DNA of 64,000 bases from Owenia fusiformis. Taxonomy: Eukaryota. The first letter of the stretch is position 1. Each line of letters opens with the position of its first letter. Made by a program: the position numbers and the translations under genes. The notes below the pieces were generated by a model, which was given only the letters and a program-made list of their open reading frames with translations, was not told where the DNA came from and did not search any database. The DNA lies in assembly GCA_903813345.2 (NCBI GenBank), contig CAIIXF020000001.1:4464001-4528000 (forward strand), given 5' to 3'. This document shows, piece by piece, positions 41,501 through 52,900 of the stretch.

Positions 41501-44500
41501 TCCAGTATATTTTCGTCCATGTACATGTTTTTATAAACAGATTAGCTTAAAATATAAATTGATCTTTGATATGAAATAACAAATCCGAATCTAGATGTTT
41601 TTGAGAAAAGATATTCTGGTATTGAGTATAAAGGTATGTCCATCCAAGATCTTATGATCAGCCTTTCTACAAATATCTGTTTCTGCATTTTCCTAACTTT
41701 TCTCACACTCTTCTTTAACTTATTCCCATTATCTACTCTCTTATTCATAATTGAAGACTTGTCTTATTCTTCTTTTCAGTCTGATGATGTTTATCTTGAG
41801 GCCCAGATTCAGAATATCACCCCTGGCCCCATCTATATGGAAAAAGTAGCATTAGAACCTTCATCATTTTTCACAGCAGCTGAGCTTAACACACCGAAAA
41901 ATACAAGGTAGGGATGAACAACAATGAATTTAGAGATTGCACTCATTCACTGACTGGGTATGTGACAGACACAGTTTCTGTTTATTTATTAAAATCACAT
42001 ACCATAAACATATGTACATAACAGTGATAAAGCAGCCAGACACCCAAGGGGCAGTATAGATTATCACAATACATCACATTCATTTTTTCTTTGCTTTATC
42101 ACCTGTCTCGATGTGACCATGTAGTGCTTATTTGCTAAAGATCCGAGATCAGCTTGTCCATACAGAACAAATTGCAATGTTGTTTATTCAAATGCAATAA
42201 CCAGCCTGGTTTCCAAACCTGGTGTGATATGATGTCGCCCCATTTTTTGGTGTGAAGGTTAACCTGTCATGTTTGTCTTCAGGAGTGGATATTCAACTTA
42301 TTACACATAACCAGTTATTTAGTAATTCTTCTTTTTTTTTCTTTTGAATTTTTCAGTTGTTTGAACAAATTAAGTATGTCGTACCTGAACGCCATGGATA
42401 CACACCAGTACCTCTACTGTCTCACTCCCAAGCCTGATGTTCTGGCTAATAACAAACAATTGAAGGGGGTCACAAATATAGGCAAGCTTGACATTGTTTG
42501 GAGAATGAACATTGGTGAGAAAGGTCGATTACAAACCAGTGCTCTGCAGAGAATGGTAGGTTGATTTCACAACTTTGAAATTATTGTTTTGATCATTTAT
42601 AGTGAACATATTATAGTATCATGTACATGGTCAGTTCACTTTTCATATCATTATGGAATTGATGAAAAAGATAATGGGTGAAGCGCTAGCTCAAAACTGT
42701 TCTCAAACAGTACACTCTGTACATATACTTCTAACGGCTGGGGGCAAGACCAAAAAATGTACAATTGTAAGACACAATGCTTCCATTCTGATACTCAGAC
42801 TTCGTCTTACAAAGAGTATACTTATAAACTTCTATCCTTGTCCTTGTATATTGTTCTGGTTATCAGAAACAACATCATCATATGATGGTGGGTCAGATAT
42901 AGAGGGCGCTTCATATGCGGGAGGCGGTGCATCAGATATAGGAGTCAACCCATTGTACGAAGGAGGTGATTCACTCGGCATAAGATATGGTGTGGATAGT
43001 TGTTCATTTATGCTGTCAGTTAGTGTATTAATATTGTCATATGATGGTGGTTGGCCAATCAAGTGACTTGTTTCTCCATTGGATGATCTACCAATCACAG
43101 TACATGTATTACTTCCACAATAAAGTGGATTCGTCATTGCAGGATTTCGTCTACCCTGAGACATTATTTCAGGACTTGCCTCCATTTGATCTTCTTTATT
43201 CCAACATTTTCCATGATCAATGCAACAGCCACATGGTAAAACACCAAATACAACATATAGACAAGCAATGATGCTTATTATTATTTTTTGTTGGATCGTT
43301 ATTTCAATATACCCGGATGTTGAAATATAAATGTCTCCTCCAATTACAACTGCTGAAAGTATAACAACAAACACGACGGCACAAACTCGTCGATCATTAT
43401 TTTCACACATTGTGCCTTTCAAAATCCATAATGACCATAGACTTGTGATTTATTTTTCACAAATTATGCATATTTTGGTGCAGTACTACTGTCCTTGTGA
43501 CTCATCGCAAGATATTTATTTATAACTTTCTATGTTATTTATGCGAGGATGTCGAACTATTTTTTGGATTACTGTGACTTTAATGCATGAAAGATCCTTT
43601 TGAATGACAACATGTTGACTTTTGTCATTCATCTAACTATTACAAAGTAGTGAAATTGTGAGTAATATATTAGTTTGTACTACTTGTATGACTTGTCACT
43701 TTGATTATTTTCATGGAAGATTTGTACTTATATTACAGGCTCCTGGCTACGGAGATGTCAGAGTGACTGTAGATTCTATACCAGATATAGTGGAGATAGA
43801 GAAACCATTCAATGTTACTTTCAAAGTAGCAAATTGTTGGTAAGTTAGTTTAACATACTTTGGATTGGAATGGTTTTACTGTTTTATTTTATTATGTCAT
43901 CACCGTAAGTGTATTGTTGTATTCTCCGACTTTTATATGGATGTTGTTCAGTGGCTGGTGTTTGGCATTCGGGAATTGGTGTTTGTAATCTGTAACAAAT
44001 GGCAGGTAGTAACATTTTGCATGTTTATGCCTTGTTGTTTACTCTATATTAGGGTTTGATAATTGGTAATAGTGTTTGATATTGTCATATCCAATGGAAT
44101 AGGATGACATGCTTATTCCATTGTGACATGTTTATTCATATGGAACATGTTTATTCCAGTGAGAGGATGATGGACCTTGTATTAGACTTGAAGAATTCCA
44201 ACAAACATGCTTTGTACTGGTGTGGCATCTCAGGTCGACAGTTAGGCAAACTAGGTCCAGGGGAGAATATTCAACTGAACTTAACAATGCTAGCTACAAC
44301 AACTGGATTACAGGTAGACTGTCACCATTTTCATCTTATATTGTCTCCAGTAATGTGTCAATTCAAAAAGTGCCTTAGTAATAAGAATGCTCAACAGAGA
44401 TTAATAAAATATTAAAAATTTTGTGTCAACAATATTCATTCATACAACTTCATTTCACCAACCCTGGATGTCATGAGCATAATGACCTATAAGGATAAAA

Positions 44501-44820
44501 AGAGGATATTTATAATCCCACCAAATGAAGTCTGTGATGGTGTCATATCATACATCAAGGGTGTAGATTATGCCAAAAGAAGACAACATTACTGACTTGT
44601 TAGTTCCATCATGTTAAAATATATTTCATTTGGTGAGATTTGATCCTCCAGGGAGTTTCTTTTTTTCTGGTCCAACAATACAATTGTCATACATTGAACT
44701 AATAATTCTGTTCTTTTTCAGACAATAAATGGACTTTGGCTAACAGACTCATTTTTAAAACGAACTTATGAACATGATGACCTTGCTCAAATATTTGTGT
44801 ATTACGAGGGCGTAGAATAA
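35555..44820 (+). CDS. TRAPPC13: Trafficking protein particle complex subunit 13 (5'-partial; first coding exon not located)
   Basis: Exons 35555-35723, 36114-36198, 36532-36662, 38067-38139, 38337-38381, 41780-41907, 42357-42555, 43739-43839, 44160-44313, 44722-44820, all AG/GT bounded and phase-consistent. Translation includes [143 protein letters not shown], matching recalled TRAPPC13. Confidence 0.95.
36887..37955 (+). mobile_element. Internally deleted Tc1/mariner DNA transposon with about 190-bp TIRs
   Basis: TA|CAGGGCGTTCAGTAAGTAAAGCTAATTTTGCTCTCAAAC ... GTTTGAGAGCAAAATTAGCTTTACTTACTGAACGCCCTG|TA. ORF 37256-37558 encodes a mariner HTH ([25 protein letters not shown]). A C-terminal remnant ([17 protein letters not shown]) follows directly and the DDD core is absent. 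Confidence 0.9.
38620..38776. mobile_element. pogo/Tigger-like short MITE, diverged
   Basis: TA|CAGTAAAACTTG ... CATGTTTTACTG|TA with internal GGAACAC repeats. Confidence 0.6.
39111..39119 (+). CDS. TRAPPC13: Candidate 9-nt alternative microexon (Asp-Leu-Ile) of TRAPPC13
   Basis: tttaatccatAG|GACCTTATA|GTAAGT inside the phase-0 intron between ...FYTSE and SDDVYLEA; frame-preserving with a consensus donor. Confidence 0.55.
39270..39768. repeat. 22-bp minisatellite, about 22 copies
   Basis: Unit CCACCCTATTGAAAATTATATG with variants. Confidence 0.95.
40238..40403 (+). mobile_element. HINE-like element, short copy without internal array
   Basis: GTCACCACCATGAAGTGGTGACATACTGTTATAG ... GGTGACATTTTGTCATTGTAATGCCTTGTC. 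Confidence 0.6.
42832..43410 (-). CDS. Uncharacterised 192-aa membrane protein: two N-terminal hydrophobic helices, Cys cluster and four PPxY motifs; nested antisense in a TRAPPC13 intron
   Basis: ATG at 43410 (the ORF track uses an upstream TTG). Hydrophobic segments [17 protein letters not shown] and [17 protein letters not shown], juxtamembrane CGCC, tail with PPSY, PPSY, PPAY, PPSY. Less AT-rich than the flanking intron. TATAAA on the minus strand at about 43524-43519. Confidence 0.72.
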   Translation of the reverse strand: MCENNDRRVCAVVFVVILSAVVIGGDIYISTSGYIEITIQQKIIISIIACLYVVFGVLPCGCCIDHGKCWNKEDQMEASPEIMSQGRRNPAMTNPLYCGSNTCTVIGRSSNGETSHLIGQPPSYDNINTLTDSINEQLSTPYLMPSESPPSYNGLTPISDAPPPAYEAPSISDPPSYDDVVSDNQNNIQGQG

Positions 44821-46922
44821 ACAAACACAGAATTGAAGATGTTAAGAGCTGTAAATGAAGTGCAATATCGGGAAAAAGTTACTTTTGAAGATGGCCACCT
44901 ATTATAAGCTGATAAGGCCATCTGGCTTGAGTGCTAGTCTAGCTACAAGGCCTTGTGATCCCCCACTACACACCTTTCATAAGGTCTTGTATGCTCTGTG
45001 TAACTATCACCATCTGGTGGTGGATTAGATTAAGACTTGAATCAAGACTACTTTAACACAAGATAGTTTGGGATTTGCACAATTGGAAATGATATCACCA
45101 TGATTCCCTGTTAAGATCATGGTCTGTTGTCTTTTCCTCACATATATTCTGAATAAAAGATACCTAAAGGGTATTGATTAGACCTTACTTCAACATTCGT
45201 CATGGTTGGTTGGTTGGCAGGGGGAAAATTTCTGTTACATTCATTTATAACTAAAAGTGTATATTTAAGAAATGAAGAGAATAATTATATGGGTACATGA
45301 AATTGATTAAGGTTGGAAAAAGTGTGTGGAAAATAACGAAATAATAAGGGAGGTTAATCTATATACATATTTGGGAGTTTAAGCTGGCATATAAAATTGA
45401 AACGCCAACCTATATTTGTGACCAGTTGCCCATACAAATGCATCGCTCTCTATTAATTAGAGAACTCGTATGTGAATGTGTATAATCTAGGTCCTATAAG
45501 TACCCAGTCTCTTCTTTATTGTATTTAGTAATTTATCTGCACTATTGGGTTTTAAAGTTATTGGGGAAAAAAACTTGAAGTCCCAATTGATTGGGAATTT
45601 TGGGGGCTCTTAATATTAAACATAAAAAACATTAAAAATGTGTAGCTTAACCTCCTTATTGTCTTAAACTCCTTAACTTATCCTTCAGGCATACAATACT
45701 AGTACTTTGTTAATATTTTAAAGATCAGAACAGGAAAATACTTCACTGTAGTTTTCTGGTTTGTTTATTACATTGTGGCCCATGAGCCAGCAAAATAAAA
45801 TATAACATATTGACAGAATACAAACACATATGTATTAGTTAATTATTATTTTATAGTTGTTTTAAATACTGTTTTGAACAAATAGATCCTTTCACAACAT
45901 AATTTCATGTGTCACTTGCTTCAATTTGGCATCATATGTACATTTTTACTCTTACAGGTTTTATAACTGGTAACCTGATAACAAATATGTTAAAATTGTT
46001 AATTTGGCATTTTAGCATTTAGCTCCCAATCCATGCTAAGCACCATTTCCCCCAAATATTGATTGGTCATCCTTTTATCAGTTCAACTGAGGTCAATCCA
46101 ATATTTTGGCAAAACATATATCCCATAGACAAGGCATTAGCAAAGTGTCACCATCTGCCATTTGTTACAGACACAGAATACTGGATGTCAAATGCTAACA
46201 CTGTTCACAAAAAGTTGGAGACTATAACAATGCGATGGTGACATAAACCATGATACAAATCACACATAACTTGTCATGCCACATTTTAGTGCATTATATC
46301 CAAAATATTTTGATATGTGGTAATAAAGTGAGCAGGAAAGATGATACATAATTTCCATTATGTAGAATTATCCTCTGGTATTCAGTCATTGCTGACAGAA
46401 AATTCTATTAAATTGATCTTCCTGCATAAAGGATAATGATGTGGTGAAATGAGAAAATACTGATTTCAACAGCCAAACCTACCAGTAGTTCTTAACCATT
46501 GTACAACAAAAAATGAGGTTTAGTTAATATAAATCTCATATTTATAACACATTGAATCAACAAATACAATTTGTAATTTAACGTTTAGCATGTAAAAATT
46601 GGAAACTGACACATTGTCCATAAATATCCTTTGCCAATCTCACATATGATAATAACAGACAGCCCTAAATAATGCTTAGTTTGAGGCATCCATTCATTTA
46701 CATCAAGCAAAATATTACCAGTTCATTGACTGTTTCATTGGGGCTCTTGTGCTTGGCTGATTAGCTGAGTACATTGTAAAGACATTAAAGCTCAGTGTTT
46801 CCCTCACACAAAATAGTCATTCTGATGTAATAAACAGATGTATTTAAGCCTCTACTATCTTAGGGACTGGTCAGTGAGAAAAAGTTTGAGTTCATTCAAA
46901 TGTCAAAGTTGGGGAGGATCAG

Positions 46923-49900
46923 TTAGCTTTGTCCTGCATCTGCAAATATATGTTAATAATAAAACGTTTTATTGAGCAGTTCCTTGCAGTTGGGTGCCTC
47001 ATTGATACCAAGTGGCAGACTGTCAAGTGTCAAGTCTATAACATGACTGAGGAACTTTTTGATTATTTTACAAAAGTTTGTATTTCCATTTCAATTATCA
47101 GTTGCTTGTTTATTTGAATTTTGGTAGTTTCCTTCACTATTTTTTCTTTCTTTGTTCAGGTAGAAACTAAGATTTAGACCAAAAAGGGGAAACTTTTTAT
47201 TGCTATCAAAAAATTCTGCAATCGTCTCAGAACATTCTGGTTATATAATGGCGGGATATATACCTGGATTTTGTTGATCTGGATTTTTCGGTTCATTGGG
47301 TTGTTCCTCACCTCCCGGCACACGTTGTCTTAATTGCTCTACAAGTTCAGGATTAGATGCCTGCATTTGTTGAGCTAACTGCTGACCACTGGAATTATTT
47401 CAGTAAAATTAGATCAAAATAAAAAGTTAATCCTTAAAGATTCTGTATAAAATTTTAAATCAGGCTTTAAATGTGGATTGGATGACCCAAATCGTGGGTA
47501 ATAAGTTTTTAACTCCTCTGGTTGAGCAGTATATTTCGCTAGGCTAAGTTCAAAATGGGTCTATGGTTTGGATTATAGAAGGGACAAATCTAGGCTTATT
47601 GGCTGTCAACTTCTCTACTGATTGAATGTCATTACCATTTTATTCTAGACTTAGAGGTAAATTATGATAGCATTAGTCAAACTTACGCTGAAAATAGGCT
47701 GTCCATATTGCCACCACCCCCACCAGCTGCACCCATCATATTACCAAGCCTGAAAGTACATTTGCATTTATTACATGTATAGTTCACTGTCATGTTGCTC
47801 ATTCTGTGATTGGTTAAACACAGGTCAATAACAAAATATGTTGTGATATTTTCATATAATGTTTACTGTTTCTTGGGACTTGCTTTTTCAGGGGATGCCT
47901 GTGTCACGTTCATAAGTAATAACAGATATTTCCCTAAACAGAACATAATATTTGTATAATACATACTCCAGCATGAATGCTAGAAGCATGTGTGGCAGAA
48001 CTATACCTGCAGTAATTGTATTAAACTCATTTTACATCAACTATCCTACCTTAAACAATCACCACATTTACAGTATATACCAATATTGCCTTAAGACAGA
48101 TCATCAATCTCTCTAAAAAAACCTCACTAAAAAGTAGCATAGGCTGCTAAGATAAGACACCTGAACTGTCATTGTGATATATTATGTTAAACAATAAACA
48201 TAGTATAAAGATTTTTGATGTCATAAGAAAATACCAGGTTGGATTTTTCAAATTAGCCAATTGTTATGAGATCCTTGAGGTACAATATAATATACATTGT
48301 GGGTGCATTGCAGCTCATATGGCTAATACTATTCTTCAGAAGACACATTAACTATTACTTCAAACACAGGATACCTGATTCTCAAAGTACATTCAGTCAC
48401 AGACATTACGGTACACTTGAGTCAAAGGAACAATGGAAAATAGATATGAAAGAAACCAGAAGTATAATGAACAACAATGTTCATACGATTGACCAATGGG
48501 AAGATGACCCTAAGGCTAATGATAACACAGAAAGCCGTTTCATTGAAGATGATGGTAAATCTGCCTTAAAGGCTAATTTCAAAATAGACAAACAAGAATC
48601 AAATTCAAAGGACACTGATTTAAAAGGTAAATCTATTGAGTTTAACAAAGATATCATTGTTTATAACAGACTAGCTAAATGTGGAAGTACGACCTTGATG
48701 AAAACAGTTGAGAAATTCAGCAATGTCACATACAAGAATGACCACAATAGGTCCACAGGTCACTTCAAAGAACCTGACATAGTGGACATGGTCCAATCAT
48801 TAACAACTCCAGCTTTCTATGTGAGGCACTGTAAGTTCATTAACTTTACAGAATATGGTTTCAAACAGCCATTATTTATACAGATGATCAGGGACCCCAT
48901 AAAAAGAGCCATTTCACACTTCTACTATACAAAATGGCACTTTCATTTAATGCGAGATGATGCGACTCTCGATGACTGTTTACAGATACAGCTTCAACAG
49001 AATACCAGCTTTAATAACTGTAACGTTGTAGCCAACTTCTCGTGGCATAGTTTTTGCAGCGCTTCAGTCCTCAAGGAAGATAGGTGTAGTATTGCCCATG
49101 TGAAAACCATCATGGAGAAGTATTACTTGTTCATAGGAATCATGGAACACTATGAGGAATCCACTGAAGCATTATCTAAATTACTGCCACATTTATTTCC
49201 AAGTAATGTGACAAGTGAACCAAAGAACTCTGCTCTTAAATCCACAAAGCATGAGAACCCTGTGCCGTCTGCCACCACTCTAGAGCTCCTTAGACAAACA
49301 TTGGCTAGTGAATACATCGTGTATGACTTTGCCAAACAACTGTTTTATGATAAGCTAAAGAAACTTGGCATATTTATTAATTCAAAAGACACTTGATCAT
49401 GCTAGACAAGCTTCTAGAGTCTTTATCTTGATCTGACAAGGCATAGAAATAATACAATATGACTTAATTTTAATAGAAATGATCGTTACTTCGTTGGACA
49501 CTGTATACCAGGTCACAAACTCAAGCAACTCACTTTTATTCTCGTACTGTATAAATTACTATTGTAGTATTGTATTGTCATTTCTATTCTAGTACTGTAT
49601 AAAATACTATTGTAGTATTGTATTGTCATTTCTACTCTAGTACTGTATAAAATACTATTGTAGTATTGTATTGTCATTTCTATTCTAGTACTGTATAAAA
49701 TACTATTGTAGTATTGTATTGTCATTTCTACTCTAGTACTGTATAAAATACTATTGTAGTATTGTATTGTCATTTCTTTTCTAGTACTGTATAAAATACT
49801 ATTGTAGTATTGTATTGTCATTTCTATTCTAGTACTGTATAAAATACTATTGTAGTATTGTATTTAGATTGATACTTACATCTGTTGCATTTCTGGATTT

Positions 49901-52900
49901 GACATCATCTGTGTGGCCTGAAATAACATCAAACATTAGAAATATAATATCATGAACATTAAACATAAGTAATATAATATCATGAACATCAAACATTAGA
50001 AATATAATATCATGAACATCAAACATTAGTAATATAATATCATGAACATCAAACATTAGAAATATAATATCATGAACATCAAACATTAGAAATATAATAT
50101 CATGAACATCAAACATCAGCAGAAATCATTTTTGACCAGTTTTTCTTTAATTGGTTGTCATTAAGCTATATCAAAATATAGCTACTAATTTTAGTTTCAG
50201 TACATAATGTTAAATGTTATATTAAATCCACCCTAATTTTATTGAAATCTTGTACAGATCATCATACCAATCTTATCTAACCTCTCCAAAACAAAGCCAT
50301 AAATATGTTTTATATCCTAATACTAGATACTAGTTCTAACTAATTTAGAACTAGTATCTAGAATGCCTACCCTACCTAGAAGGCAAATGGTAGATAATAT
50401 GTACTCTGATTATTAAAGAAAAATAAAAAATCATCTTACCATATTCATGATTGCTGGGTTGCCAAGCATAGCTCCAATGTCCATGCCTCCCATACCACCA
50501 GGTGCTAGGTTACCAAACACTGGATTCAATCTCTCGCCTCCCTACAATCATATATTCACCTTTGTGAATGTTTTCTGTTTGGCCTATTTTGTTCAGAACG
50601 ATAAGGTCATAACAAATAAATTGCCTGTGAGGCAATACCTATAAACTCAACTGAGTGCATTTCTGGTCAAAGTTTCTTTTCTTTTGTGGTTTGAAGGATA
50701 TTCTTTCGTTTTGACAATATGCATATTTTGGCCATTTAAAAGTAATACAAATAGAAATAAAAAGTGGGTACAATGGGTCCTTTTTTTAAAAACACACAAA
50801 TTACCAGTAGGAGCTTAAGACTGACTTGGCAAAATGTCCTAAAAAAGACATAAGCATATCAGACTCGTGATAAAGTCTTGAAGATTTCCAAGATTCAGAT
50901 TCAATAAATTAAAAGTATGGGTAGGTGACACAATATGTTTCTACATACCCCTAAGTTTGTATCTTTAAGTTGTTGTTCTGCAATATCTAGGTTTGTCTTA
51001 TAACTCTGGTTCATAGGATCTAGCTCCAGTGCTTTCCTATAGCTATCTGTTGCCAGGTGATGTTCACCTAAGGCAGTTAGCGCTAAACTGAAAACCACAG
51101 AAATATTATTTAGGCTTAGTAGCAAAACAAACATTACATAGGTTCTGGTTGTCAAGTGTGCTAAAAATGTTGAGTATAAGATAAGTTTCAAATCACCAAC
51201 TTTTATATTTATACTTCAACAGAAATGTGGGCTGGTTGAGCAGAAATGTTGTCTTTAAAATATGGTAGTCGAATGATGTCACTAAATAATTAACTTTATA
51301 CAGATCTTAAACAATGAAAACCGAAATTAACTATTTTTCCCTTGACTTTAAATATTTGTGAAATACGTTTTCCTTGAAATGATATTGACAATTCTGATTT
51401 CTGTAAAATAAGTTTTTTCCTACCCTTTTCTTCCATAAGCTTTGCTATAAGTGGGGTCTATGGCTATAGCAGACTCACAGTCTGCTAGTGCAGATTCTTG
51501 GTCATTTAGTTTGGCATATGCGGCAGCTCTGAAAGTAGTAACACAATTCAAGGCAAGGAACATGACAGGTTATTTATCATACAAGGCATGACAAAATGAC
51601 ATCCCCTTATGTTTGCGAATAAAGAATATGTCACTTTTTCTTGGTCTTGATATAAAAATTAGTGCAAAATATGTTGATGTCAGGTCTGTAGCCCTGAGTT
51701 CAGAAGATGCATTGTGATGTCAGGTCTAGCCCCGAGTTCAGAAGATGCATTGTGGTGTCAGGTCTGTAGCTCTGAGTTCAGAAGATGCATTGTGGTGTCA
51801 GGTTTGTAGCCCTGAGTTCAGGAGATGTATTCTGGTGTCAGGTCTGTAGCCCTGAGCTCAGAAGATATATTCTGTGTCAGGTATGTAGTCCCTAGTTCAG
51901 GGGATGCACTGTGATGTCAGGTCTGTAGCCCTGAGTTCAGAAGATACATTGTGTGTCAGGTATGTAGTCCTGAGTTCAGAATATGCATTGTGATGACAGG
52001 TCTGTAGCCCTTAGTTCAAAAGATGCATTTCTGATGTCAGGTATATAGCCCTGAGATCAGAGGGTGCATTGTGGGGTCTGTACCCCTGAGTCCAAAAGAT
52101 GTGAAGCGGATGTCAGGGGATGCACTGTGATGTCAGGTCTGTAGCCCTGAGTTCAAAATATACATTGTGTGTCAGGTATGTAGCCCGGAGATCAGAGGGT
52201 GCATTGTGGTGTCAGGTCTGTACCCCTCAGTTCAGAAGATGTAAACCGGATGTCAGGTCTGTAGACCTGAGTTCAGAGGATACATTGTGATGTCAGGACT
52301 GTACCCCTGAGATCAGGATATGTATTGCTGATGTCAGGTCTGTAACCCGGAGTCCTATTTATCCATTGGACTCTAATCCTTCAGAGACATTGCAGTAAAT
52401 CAATCTAATGATGGTCACCTCAGGCAAATGTCAAATACATGTATGAACTACTGTAAGTCACTACTATAGATATATATTTTCTAGTACATGGTGTACATGT
52501 TCATCACTCCAGCCTTATATTTCTATTTTGATGTATTTGAGGTATAAATCATACTTTAAAACAAACGAGGAATGATCAGTAAGTGCAGTCATTTTAGATA
52601 ATTTGCAATTTTCAATCAAGGTCATGCCATAGACTCAAAACTCCTATGTATCTAGCTTGGAAAATGTTGTGAGAGAATCATGGGAGCCAATCTTCCTTGA
52701 TATAGATACCTATATTTGCATGTATCAAAAATCAAATATTGTATCAGACATAAAGGAAGATATTTTTTTCATTATTTCAGTATATAAACATTCTTTTCAG
52801 TGATGAAACCATTCAACGTCAAAGCCATGAGTTGGTTATCTTTTTGGTACACATTCATCGTAACAGTGACAACCCTAGTGTTTTTATATACACTATGTAC

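Noticed and set aside
42653-43271. Plus-strand ORFs of 137 and 76 aa
   Set aside because: Antisense shadows of the minus-strand PPxY gene.
49513-50116. Periodic ORFs [14 protein letters not shown] and [10 protein letters not shown]
   Set aside because: Translations of the 48-bp and 30-bp minisatellites.
1378-52355. Regular 21-48 bp arrays as possible CRISPR arrays
   Set aside because: Units are head-to-tail with no unique spacers, there are no cas genes, and the context is eukaryotic.
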